A stretch of DNA of 64,000 nucleotides from Paraspadella gotoi. Its lineage: Eukaryota > Animalia > Chaetognatha. The stretch covers positions 8,274,258 to 8,338,257 of the forward strand of contig CM119267.1 of the NCBI GenBank assembly GCA_051294375.1, written 5' to 3'. The position numbers were made by a program, and so were the translations under genes. Numbering within the stretch: the stretch's first letter is position 1; each line of letters starts with the position of its first letter. The notes under the pieces are model-generated. The model worked only from the letters and a program-made list of their open reading frames with translations, searched no databases and had not been told where the DNA came from. Positions 11,061 to 23,501 of the stretch are shown here, piece by piece.

Positions 11061-11943
11061 TTTAAGGATTAGTAAAACGCAAAATATTTCGGTTGAAGCT
11101 CAAAAATAACTACAAAATAAGCAATCGCTGTATCAGAATTTAGATGTTTTTTTAACGCTTGGTCGAAGTTGAAATCGACCGGTGATCTGTTGCCTCGCGG
11201 GATGCATGGTTGTCGGTCGAGGGAGGAGGCGGCCGATCGAAAAAGGTGAATCGATTACGAGAAATTCTATAATGCCCTTCGGATCGTTATTTTTTTTAAT
11301 TAAGCTAAGAGCCAAAAAAACGTGTAAATTGGAATATGTTTATTACAGTTTTCTGACAAAATTGCAAAGACTTAATCTTTTTCGTCTTCTTCCTTGGATT
11401 CAATTATATTCGGTTACTGGCGTAAGTGCGGATGAACAATTTGCGGAACACTGGTCTTCTTTTATCCAGCGTCAACATTTCATAATTATTTTAAATGAAA
11501 TAGGTACAACCAATATAAAAATTATCCATGGACAGGCTTTGGTGGTTTGAGGCCTCCATCACTCTTACAAGATAATGACATAGCAGGTCTCTGCAAGCTT
11601 TCAATCAAGACTCAGTCTCGTTTATTCACTCCAAGATTACCTGGCTTCCCTATCACTGACTTCATCATTCAAAGAATGTTTCAATTGTTTGAAAAATCTT
11701 TTTTTAGGCATTTGTAGTATCACAGGTATTAAGTATCATAACGTATTCAAACAAAAGGAACATTTTTAATTTTCTGACTAGAATACTACGCGGCGCTGCT
11801 AGCTTGCAAACTCATCAAAAAGCAAAAGAACAATATTCGAAAAATACAGTAAAAATAGTACAATTGTTTAAATCAATAAAATTCACTCAGTAAGATTTCA
11901 TATATTGTGTTTGCTTAAGAAAATATAGTAGTAGAAAGGACGA

Positions 11944-12045
11944 CTATCGGTGCTTGTTAATCATAGTTTTCAGCCGAGATTCATTGGCGCCAGTCATTCT
12001 CACGACCCTCTGGCCCCTCTTGTAGAGAACAAACGTCGGCATTTC
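11944..12045 (-). CDS. Thioredoxin exon 2, in-frame copy on the redundant segment
   Basis: ttttcccag acceptor, then EMPTFVLYKRGQRVVRMTGANESRLKTMINKHR*; 102 nt. Confidence 0.8.
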   Translation of the reverse strand, partial: EMPTFVLYKRGQRVVRMTGANESRLKTMINKHR

Positions 12046-12117
12046 CTGGGAAAAATGGATATTAACATATATTAAGCCTGGAAACTAACCAANNNNNNNN
12101 NNNNNNNNNNNNNNNNN

Positions 12118-14044
12118 GAGGGCAGACGAGGTCAAGACGGTGCTCCGACCGTCGACGTACACCTCAAGGGAGAAAAATACGTTGGTCAAAAATAGAGAAA
12201 CTTTAGACAGTGATGTTGTGTATAACCTGGACATAACATAAGTTTGATCCTCTGGACGGAAATAAAATATGAAAGAGTCGTCCTTGGGGTGAGGATTTCG
12301 AAGAGTCGCGTTCCCTTCGTCACTCCATCTGAAAAGAAGGTCGATTTCAGTTTAAAAAACATCTAACGTTTTAAATTAATTTTAATTTTGAAAACCTGAG
12401 GAAGATGAATTTTTATCAAATACTACTTCAACTTCTACTTTTAAACCGTCGGTCAGTTATCTCTCTTTCTACTTTCTGTAACACATCTCACCCTTTAATA
12501 ATCACATTGAAGAATTTGATAAGTTTTCTCCTCTTAATTATTTACCTCTGCGGCCATTCCCCGTCCATTCTATTTTCTTTTTTGCTCCTCCTCGTTCGTT
12601 TACCATTAAAGTCTTCTCTCTCCTCTTCCTCTTCCTCTTCTTTTCTTTCCTCCGAAAATAAATGAGCGACATCTTCAGGCCAGACTTCGTCGTTTGGGAG
12701 CGGGAAGACACGGAGCTGATAGATAAAAAAAGTTTTTTGAGAACTTTTTAAGTTTTATTGTGATCGCTATTATTTCAAATATCTTCTCAAAAACAAAGGC
12801 ATGAAGCCAAGTTTGATCCTGGATCGAAGCCAACGTGGGCAAATACAATGTTCAGATGGTATCGGTTAATTCGAGCATTTAAGATTTTTTTCCTTTTTTA
12901 CAAAAAACCGTTTTTTAATCTCCTTACGATTTCTGATGAATCCTGTTTGTATCTGATAACGTAGGAATTTGTAGAAAACGTGAGCAGCAAAAAACCAATG
13001 CAAAAAAGACGGCTTCCTCCCGAGTTTGAACATTTTAAGGATTAGTAAAACGCAAAAATATTTCGGTGAAGCTCAAAAATAACTACAAAATAAGCAATCG
13101 TGTATCAAGAATTTAGATGTTTTTTAACGCTTGGTCGAAGTTGAAATCGACCGGTGATCTGTTGCCTCGCGGATGCATGGTTGTCGGTGAGGGAGGAGGC
13201 GGCCGATCGAAAAAAGGTGAATCGATTACGAGAAATTCTATAATGCTCTTCGGATCGTTATTTTTTTAATAAGCAAAAGCCAAAAAAAGCGTGTAAATTG
13301 GAATATGTTATTACAGTTTTCTGACAAAATTCAAAGACTTAATCTTTTCGTCTTCTTCCTTGGATTCAATTATATTCGGTTACTGGCGTAAGTGCCGATG
13401 AACAATTTGCGGAACACTGGTCTTCTTTTTATCCAGCGTCAACATTTCATAATTATTTTAAATGAAATAGGTACAACCAATATAAAAATTATCCATGGAC
13501 AGGCTTTGGTGGTTTGAGGCCTCCATCACTCTTACAAGATAATGACATAGCAGGTCTCTGCAAGCTTTCAATCAAGACTCAGTCTCGTTTATTCACTCCA
13601 AGATTACCTGGCTTCCCTATCAATGACTTCATATATGTTTCAAAGAATGTTTCAATTGTATTGAAAAATCTTTTTTTAAGGCATTTGTAGTATCACAGGT
13701 ATTAAGTATCATAACGTATTCAAACAAAAGCAAATTTTTAATTTTCTGACTAGAAATACTACGCGGCGCTGCTAGCTTGCAACTCATCAAAAAGCAAAAG
13801 AACAATATTCGAAAAATACAGTAAAAATAGTACAATTGTTTAAATCAAATAAATTCACATCAGTAAATTTCATATATTGTGTTGCTTAAGAAAATATAGT
13901 AGTAGAAAGGACGCCTATCGGTGCTTGTTAATCATAGTTTTCAGCCGAGATTCATTGGCGCCAGTCATCTCACGACCTTCTGGCCCCTCTTGTAGAGAAC
14001 AAACGTCGGCATCTCCTAGGAAAAATGGATATTAACATATATTA
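12118..14044 (+). repeat. Direct re-copy of about 10138-12074 after a 25-N gap; contains exons 1-4 (part) of the secreted gene and thioredoxin exon 2
   Basis: Line-by-line similarity from gagggcag...ggtcaagac to ggatattaacatatatta, differing mostly by single-base indels. Confidence 0.95.
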
Positions 14045-16122
14045 GGCAGTGATTTCTATGCGAGGAATTTAGCAAAAAAACCACTTTTTCAATACTGTTA
14101 GAATATTACCAACATGATTAAATTTTACTCTAAGACAAAGTTGGCAAGATACAGATTAATTAAAATCATCTGTTGCTATTTTTCTAATCAACGAATCAAT
14201 TCATTTTTGCTAACTTTTAATAAAAATATGTCCATTTTGTCCATTTTGACTTTTTGTCTTGAGATTTGAACGCTAAGATCATATGGCAAGAAAAATTTTG
14301 GTTAACTTCCGGCTTTTTGGGTCTTAATCTTCTTTACCTCTGAGTTGGTTCATTTGCCATTAGTCATCTATTGTTTGCCTATGGATTATTTTTAAATTGA
14401 CGAGTATAATAACTTACATTTTTACATTTTATTAAATTTGTTAAACGAAAATACTTCAATGTCCACAATTCTAATCAAATTTCCCTATTGTTGGTCGCGC
14501 TTCTGTACCTAGAGATCGTAGGGCAATCTTAAAACTCACTAGTTCTTGCTACAGAATTAAGCACTTTGAGATTTGGAGTATTGATGCAATGACGTATTAT
14601 TTAAAGCTCAAATACATCGGATTTTTGTACTTATTTTATAGATATTCATAATATATGAGTATGAAATATATATTGGCTTAACAAGTAAAAAACGCATTCA
14701 TTGTTAGTAATGGCATAACGTACAGTAATTCCTCGTAACGGGTTTTTGCGAAAATTCCGAACATATCTGTCGATTATTTAAATCTGCTAGGCAACTTATG
14801 AATAAAATCATAGCTACGAGATTTAAATAAAAATTGAGAGGTAACGAATCGTAAGGATTATTAACGCTATTACATTATATCGACGTTTAAGAACCTGCAG
14901 TATGGAAACTATATCTATTTTGTAAATTGCAGAGAAGGCTGTGGCGAGGGCTTTAGAAATTGATTTTTTACTCTCATTGGCATCACGTACTTAAGTCTAA
15001 ATTATATACAGTTATTTCAAGTTTTTGACGCAAGTTGTTTGATGGCTGTATTTACCAAACTTATGATGAAGAGAAGAAGAGAGAGAGAGAGAGAGAGGGA
15101 GAGAACGTCCACTAAGAATGTTATGGATGTAGAGACGTGTAGGAAGGTGACTGAAGGGAGAGAAAACGTCGACTAAGAATTGAGTTATGGATGTATTGAG
15201 GGTGGACAGTTGTGACGGGGACTGCTAATGACGAAAAATAAAATATAAGCTTAATTATGTTGGCGTGAAGAATCAAATACTTCACACAGATAGAAAGAGA
15301 AAAAGAGAGTAGAGCGAAGTCTCGAGAAAGAAAGAACAAGAAAGATGAAACAAACAGTTTAATAATATACGTGCCGATTTTTTGCTAAGTCAGCTAAGTA
15401 TATCTATAAAAACGCGACAGATCTTACCGAGCAATTTACTATCATTTAAAGTTGTTCTTACCATGAAAAATCGTTTTTAGTTTCTTTTTAATAAAGGCTG
15501 ATACCGTAATCTGGAATGGGATTACGTGAAAAGAAAATCATTGTCTTACCGTATTTTAAAGCATAGAAATTCACCCATGAGTTCATAGTTATAAAAGGAG
15601 AAGATAATAATGCCACCCGTTTTTTTTAAATAAAGAAAATTTCATATTTATTCAGTGGGAAAAATAATAAATACCGTTATTTAAGTATTTAACAATTTTC
15701 AATGTTGAAAAATCCCCAAATCAAAATTCACTGCCATTAAGCCTGGGAAATAACCAATCAGCACCTGCTCAAGGGGCGGAAAGTGAATTCAAGTCCGTTT
15801 AAATATATACGCTGCCGATTTAAGATAAACAGCCCAAAAATTTTAAACTGATTTTTAACCCATCACGAGGATCGACTACCTTAACCCATCGCGACCCGGA
15901 ACTTACCTTGACTCCGTTGTCCTCGGCGACGTCTTCGACCTTGTCGACGTCAACCTTGAGGAAGACGACGTCGTCCATGTCCTTCGACATGGCGACGACT
16001 TTGGGAGCGATCTCCTTACAGGGTCCACACCACGTGGCGAAGAAGTCGACGACGACGAGACGCTCTCCCGCCGAAACTAATTGGACGTAAAAGTCACCAG
16101 AGTTTTTTACGTTGTGTACCAT
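13915..16122 (-). CDS. Trx: Cytosolic thioredoxin, 2 exons (15907-16122 and 13915-14015; exon 2 is 1 nt short in this copy)
   Basis: MVHNVKNSGDFYVQLVSAGERLVVVDFFATWCGPCKEIAPK...VVFLKVDVD...NGVK|gtaagt joined to EMPTFVLYKRGQKV...GANESRLKTMINKHR*. WCGPC active site and cis-Pro MPTF motif are present. Confidence 0.95.
14045..15735. mobile_element. Non-autonomous DNA transposon-like insertion (1691 bp) in the thioredoxin intron, 4-bp target duplication ATTA
   Basis: atta|ggcagtgattt ... aaattcactgcc|atta. The redundant copy at 12061-12092 has the empty site catatattaagcctgg. Confidence 0.85.
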
Positions 16123-17442
16123 GGCCGGGGGTTGACGGTAGGAGAGGTTGTGTAGGTTAAAATGTTTAATTTTAATTTAAATTCAATTCTTATCACTTAT
16201 TTAACATTCACGAGTTACGTTTTCAAAGCCATTTGAATATTCGTCTTCAGTGATCAAAAATCTAATTTACTCAACGATATCTTATGTTCGTATTCTTTAT
16301 TTGCAGGACTTGAGAACAAATTACGATATCTTTTGTTGAATGAAAAAAGGTGTAAGCGTATCTAAAGTAATTTACGACTTTACAGAATTTATAATAAACT
16401 ATTTAATGATTCCTATTAGTAAGAACTGAAGACGTTTACTGAGCGAATTTGAGTTTGTTCGTTGTAAAAAAGAAAAATTCTCTGACGCTAAGCGATGCCG
16501 AGCTAGTCACAAGAAGTTTATTTTTATCATGAAAATTATTTTTAGCTTTTAGCTTTTAGCAGACATTTATCTACCATCTCAATATATAATATACGAAGGT
16601 AAAGTAAAAACGAAACAAGCAGTTTTTTATAATTGAAATCTGTATTTTTTAATTTTTGGGTTTATTCAGACAAAACGAACGAAATAAACAGTACAATAAG
16701 AAAAAGTTATATTAACGGGTAATGTCGAGGGATGCACTCATCAGTTTGAAGAGCATGTTTCACAGATAAAAAAAAACTTATTGTGTTAAAAGTATCAATA
16801 CTAAATATTTTTTTCTGGTAGGAATCTTATACCTGTGAAAACAAGTAACTGAACGAGGTGCACATATGTAGGCACTTAATCGAATGTTCATTGAAAAGCA
16901 ATGTAACATAGTTTAATAACTAATTCATGCAGCAATGAACTGTAAAGAATCAGTTGTTAATATTAAAATTAGTTGGGCGAGAAAATTTTTGTTTTCTCGA
17001 AATAATGCAATGAAACCAATTATCTAACATAGGTCTCGCTGCAGATATATGCCACGTTTCTAGTTAAATACTATATACATCATAATGTTTGGTAAAAACC
17101 CGAATAAAAAGGTTTTCATTGACCGGAGTATATATAGGATAGAAAAGTACAAGAGAGAACTCGACAATTTAAAAACCCTCTGTCAAAATAGTTCCCAGCC
17201 CCGATTAAAAATTCATTTTATTTGGCGAATTCTCCTCCAAATAGTAATTCACAAACCCATTACTTATTCTTTAGTTTTTCCAAAGTTTTATTGGTATGAC
17301 TGGGAGATTACTCTCGGCGTCGGTATTTTAAGAACGCTTTAATTTTTTTGCGTTCTCCGTTTTTGTTTGCGTCGCACGTCGTCTTGCTCTTCGTTTTGTC
17401 TTCGCGGTCAAAACCAATCAGTCGCGCGCCAACTTTTAAAAT

Positions 17443-20400
17443 TTAAACGTCGACGGGCTTTCGCGGATTCGTACTCGTCGTCGAAATGCTCGACTTTCGT
17501 TCCGACCTGAAGAGAAAACGTTATTTTTTTTTATTTTCCCGACTTTTTGCCAATTTGATAATTTAAATTTAAATTTTGAACTCACCCTCTCTTGATTCTG
17601 GCCGAGGAGGCGGCGGTGGGGGACAGGAATGACGGGACCCTCCTCACTCCGGGCGTCGTCGTGCGGGGTGAGGAAACGAACGAAGACGACGACGACCCCA
17701 CTCGATCCCTTAGCGTCGAAGACGTCGTCGACTTGAGCGAGTCCGAAGTCGAGCTCCTCTCCCTCAACAGCCCCGACCGCACGCTGGAGACGCTGCTGGC
17801 GGGGCTGCGGCTCGAGACGCTGCTGGCGGCGCTGCGACTGGAAACGCTGCTGCGTTCCCGAGTTAGTCGCGATTCGAAGGAGCGGTTCAAGTCCGATGAA
17901 GCGCCACCAAGGCCGCGCGCCGTGGAGGTTGTCGAACGGGAGTTGTTGGGTATCGCGACGGCGTTTGAGCGGTCTCGTTGAACGCCGAACGACGTCGAGG
18001 AACCAGACGAAGGGGTGGGCGCGGATTTGAGGCGCGAGTGCGCCCTCGCGGACGTCTGTGAAATCTCTTTGTTGACATTGTCGTTGTTGTTGACTTCGAA
18101 CTTTTCGCTTCGTCTGGATTTGGAGCCGATCGCGACGGGTTTTACCGAGCGGTCCTGATGACGCCTGAGCGAGTCTGTGACGTCGGTTGTCTCGGAAACC
18201 GTGGAAGCCTCGGCGACGGGGAGAGTTCTTCGTTTGGCGTTGACGACGCTGGATTTGCTTTTAGCGCTGGATCCGCTAGAAGCGTTGGAAGTGAGCGAGG
18301 CCGCGGACAACGTCGACGCCTCTTTCACAATCGATGTCGGCGTCTGAGGCGGCGTGGCCTTCTCCGCCGAGGGCGGGCTTTTACGGGCGGAAGTCTCTTT
18401 CGTGCGATTTATGGTTGGCTTGGCGAGGTGCGTTCGAGAAGTCGAAGGACGCGTCGACGTCGTCTTTTTGATTAAAGCACTGGCGGATCGATCGGGGCGC
18501 GTAACGGCGCTCGTTTCCTTTTTCGTTACTCTGACGCTGGCGCTGCGTCCCAGCGGTTTGTCAGTTCGAACGACGCCGGATCGGAGGGCGCTGGCGACGT
18601 CGACGCCGACTCTACAGGAGTCCAATTCGTCGTTGTCGTCATCCACGACCCCTCTCTTTGCCCTGTTCCGAGAGACGACCCGGGATCCGCGAAGCTTTCG
18701 CTGTGGTTCGACAGAGTTTCGGATCCGAGACCCTCGTCCGGCAAATTGTCCATCGACGCCCGCAAGAGGGCGTTCGCCTTGGCGTCGAGATCCTCCCCGG
18801 CGACTTCTTTTCCGCGTCGTCCACGACCACTTTGACGGAAAAATCGAAGGCGGAACCGGCGCCACCGGCGTCGCTTTCGAAGGCGTACTGGTCTCGACAC
18901 TTGAGGCGCTGGAGTCCCTTCAATTGCGTCGTCGAGGGTGAGTTTTGCTCGCGTCCGAGAAGCTGCTCCAGTTCGGCCCGATCCTCCTGGACGAGGACAG
19001 TGGAAAGATTTGGTTGATCGGTTCAATTCTATTTAAGTCTCCGCAAAGATGATCGCTCTTACCTCGACGTTTTTTCTGTAACCAAAGTGTAACGTCGGTA
19101 TTCGTTGGCATCACTTTTCGTACTGGCTTTCGTTCTTCCTCTTCGCTGACTTTTCGGCTGCAAAAATTAATAATAATTTGATAATTTGGCAATAATATAA
19201 GCATTCGGCAAACTTAAAACGATAAATTAGACTCTAACCTTAATAATCTCGTAGTGGTTTCCGAAGCGGTCGACGCGTCCGAGCTACCGCCTTCCAATTT
19301 CTTGGGATCCTCGCCCCTCGTCTCCTCGACTCGCGAGGACGTCGGACCCCGAAGGGCCTTTCGCTCGATCGCCTTCCCTTCCGGCGTCGAAGCCTCGAGA
19401 TCTTTTCCCTCGGCCTCGATTTGCCGGATCACGTGGTCGATGTCCCTTGGAAGACTCTTCGCGCAAATGCTGCTGGGTCTATTTTTTTAAAGAGCGGTGG
19501 TTAAAATACTACGTAGTAATTTTGATTTTTTTTTCCCCTTACTTTTCGTTAAACTTATCTTTTTCTCACCTCATGTCCTTGGAGCCGACGAGGCTTCTCC
19601 TTCTCCGAACCACACCGGCCTCCGGGTCGCTCTCCGCGCGGACCGACTCTTCTTCCTCTAGACGCTGGAGAAAACCGGAAACATCGGATTTGGTGAAGCT
19701 GCTTCTTGTGAGGGCTCGAGTTGACGGGGAGTTGGGGGAGGTGGTGGAGGAAGGGGTGAAGGGGGAGGTAAGAGCGGTGGAGGGCGTGCCGGGGGTTGTG
19801 GATGTGGACCGGGCCAGGGCCGAGGCGGCCTCAACGTCGCTCTTGTCCACTTGACCACCCCATCGCCTTTGCTTCCGCTCGCGGATGCGGGCCTCGATTC
19901 GATCTAGGAATTAGTCATTACATTTAATCATTTTAAATTTGAAAATTAAGGAATTTTTTTTTTTTTACGATTTCTTCCTAACGTATGCCAGTTCAACGAC
20001 CAATCATTTACCTTCAAGGTCCGTGTCCAAAGTGAGACCGTCCCGCAACCCTCTTCGGACCGCGGAGTCACGGTGACCCTCGAGGGCCGCGTTAACAGAT
20101 CGAAAGTCGAGTTCACTGCTGTATCTGCGTTCGGAGCGAGGGCGATACGAACTGGTGCGTCTGAGGATGAAAAGAGAGGGATCAAATTAGAGAATTGTGA
20201 TATTCACCCGCAATGAATTACTATCTGAGAAGAGTCTTGTTTATTGATGTAAGTGAGTTAAATTTTTTAAAAGCTGTTGACTTCGATCGACGATTGATTA
20301 TCACCTCAGCGGTGGGTGGGATTTCAAATCTTCCAAGCCGTCGTCGTCTTCGATTTTTTCTGTCAAATTTCGAGAGGGCCTTGTGGTTGTCGTCGTCACC

Positions 20401-23400
20401 GTGGTTGGTCTCGACACGGGGGATGTTTTTGGAGACGTCGTGGGTTTTTTGGTCGTCGGGGATTGAGGAGTTTTGGATGAGGCCGTCGTCGTTAGAGCCT
20501 TGGAGGAAGAAAGTCGACTGTTGGGCGAATCCGGTGAAGCGGGGTCGGATCTTGAATTGGTCGCGGAGAGGGTGGTGGGGTTAGTGGACGAGAGGGCGCT
20601 GGGTGCGGAGAGGGAAGCGGGTCGGGTGGCGGTGGTGGTCGAAGGGATGTTTGATCTTGCGTTGGAGAGTTTATCTTGAAGAGTAGACCCCGGCGAAGTC
20701 TCCACCGAGGGTCTATATCTCCAGTCTCTCCTCAACGAGTTCGTCCGCTGCAACGGCAACGTTCTGGAAGCATCCTCGACCGAGGGAGAGATTTTCGGCG
20801 TCGGCGGGTCCGCCAGATCGCGGATTTTGGAGTTTGGTTCCAAAGGATCGCGGATCGAAGGATCCGTCACAACGAAGGTCGATTCGATGGAGGAGATGGC
20901 GCGCTGAACTTCCCCGCTGCCGCCGTTCGGGCTTAGGTCGGTTGGGCGTGGCGATGTAGGAGTCTTGACGGGCGAGGGGGCGCTGGGAAGAAAGAGAAAA
21001 ATGAGTTTCAATTCGCAAGAAGAGCGAGGCGTATTAAAGGAAGAAAGCGAACCAGTCTTTCACTCAGGACTTATTGATCAAGATTTAAGTTTTGTACCTC
21101 TGGATTGGGCTTATGCTCTCAATCGCATCTACGACGGCGCTGACGCTCGCCACGTGCTCCTCAGCCTCGCGGTATTTGGGATGCGCCCTCTTTGATCGAA
21201 CAGGAACATCAATCTCCACCTGCAGACAAAATTGCATATTTGTTTGAATTGGTTTTAAAGCACAACTGATATGACTAGATAACTTTTGAGTTTAAAATTA
21301 AAAAGATAATACATAAAAAAAATGAGATCAACAGAAAAAAAAATAAGATTTCACTTCCCCAGTTTTCCCCACCGAGTAGTTCCAGCTCACCTCTCTCCAG
21401 TCGAAACGCTTTTTTCAGCTGATCCCTGAGTTTGGACGGATCCATTCCCTCGTCTTCCTCCATCCGATTTCCCTCTTCCTCCTCCCTTTCTTCTCGCTTC
21501 CCCCTTCCCGTCGTGAAGAAACTCCAGCAGCCGCCCGTCGTCTTCCTGGGTGGTGCCCCGCGCAGGTTGGCCCCCAAGCCGCGGTCAGACTCAAGGGTCG
21601 CTGAGCGCGTTCGAGAACCCAGCGGAACGCTGAGAGACATTCCTCGCTGGAGGCTGCTCGAGGGGCTGTCGCTGAAGGAACGGAATGGATAGAGGAGAGG
21701 TAGATGAAAAATTCAGTTAGTTCTTCGTTGGAGCGCTTCCATTTAAATACTTTTTTACTTCCAACAATGTTTCATAGATTTATGTGGCACCAAAGAAGAT
21801 TTAAAGTTATCAAATTTGCTTGACGTTTCGTTTGACGTCTTTTTTTCCAACTTCTTTTAAAATCATATACTGATAGCTGTACTTTGAAGTACTTTGAATT
21901 ACTAACAACTTTTTACTTCAATTAATTAAGAAATTTTAGCGTTCGAAGATTGGGAAAGGGCCAACTTAAATAGAACTTGTCTTTTAAACTTAACTTATCT
22001 TAATTAGACCTTACCCGCTGTTCTCGGACGACGCGTCTCCGCCGAGTCCAACAACTCTTTGTCTCGTACACCACGCGGTGGACGAACGCCTCGGGACGTG
22101 CGGAGACACCCTGCGGCGCCTTGCCCGACTCAAGCGCCTCGCCAGGGCTGCGGTCGCGTTCGCGGGCAACTTCATCGATCGCGTTCAAGATACGGGAACT
22201 TCCTCGTCGGTGATTGCGGCGAAGGGAGGACCGAGCAGAGCTGGAAAGGACTCGTATAATTAATATAAGCAAATAGGTTTCCAGAGAGAAGAGAGAGAAA
22301 GAGACGAACCTGTTTCGCATAAAGGAGGCGCCGACGTTTTCCAGTTCGCTTCCGGGTTCGGCTCCGACTTCCGCTTCGCCTCCGGACTCGACAGAGTGGA
22401 GTTCGCGTCGAGTGAGGATCGGGGAATCCTCGGCCTGGCGGAGAGAATATAAAAGATTATATAATAAAAAAAATTAGTAATAAAATAGAAAAGAATAGAA
22501 GAGATTAAGAGAGCTTATAAAAAAATAAAACTGCAGAAGGTACATTGAAAATGAGCTGGGCTTTTAGGATTTTCGTTCACTATTTTTATTTTCGGCGCTG
22601 AATTATTTTATAAACACTTCGCTATTATTTTTTTAAAATAAATTTTAGACTTGTCAATATTAAAAACATTTTTATTGATTGTCATTAATGACTTTGTTGG
22701 GCATTATAATTTTTAATAAAAAGTTAAGCCAAATTTTTTTGAGAGCTTTTGTTTTTTTCACTTTTTTCATTGGATTTAGTGTTCTCTGGAGCAAATGCTG
22801 AGTAACTAACATAAATGAATAGATAATTGATAATTTTGCCAATTTCATAAAATTCAGCTCCTAGTAAATTTATTCTGGGCGGAGTACAATATAATATTCC
22901 TCGATCTAATACTTTTCATACAATTGAAACAGTCTTTGAAATATTATACCAGTTAATTGATTAAAAGCTGTGTCATTATCTTGTAAGAGTGATGGAAGCC
23001 TTTAACCACAAAAGCCTGTCCAAAATCAGAGGCAAGATAGCTTATTTATTAAATGAATAGAAAATTTTTATATTTGTTGTGCCAATTTCATAAGCAAACT
23101 TCCTACGTAGAAAACTTTTTCAAGAATTTTCAACAATGTAAAGTGATTATGACGATTTTTATAAATATTTTTATTAACGGGCTCCGTTAAAAAGTTTACT
23201 AACGAGGAGGTTTGCATCGCGAAAAAAGAACTCTCTTCGTACTCTCTTTTGACGAGTTAAAAGTTACAAAATAGAAATAGAAAACGGAAGCTTTTAATCC
23301 CGGCTTTGTGTTTCCCCCCCCAAGCCCGACTTTGCAAATTGTACAAATTCGAATCTTAAACTAAAGTCTTCATCGTTGAAGTCAAAGAAAATCTCCAACG

Positions 23401-23425
23401 AAGACTCTTTTTTTTAAATTTTACT

Positions 23426-23501
<76 letters not shown>

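Noticed and set aside
11944-14015. Two thioredoxin genes or alternative last exons
   Set aside because: The second exon copy lies in a block duplicated across a 25-N gap and differs mainly by indels. Allelic or assembly redundancy is simpler, and only one exon 1 is present.
17592-21692. Plus-strand ORFs antisense to the formin tail exons
   Set aside because: Expected shadow ORFs of GC-rich low-complexity coding sequence. Splice signals are on the minus strand.
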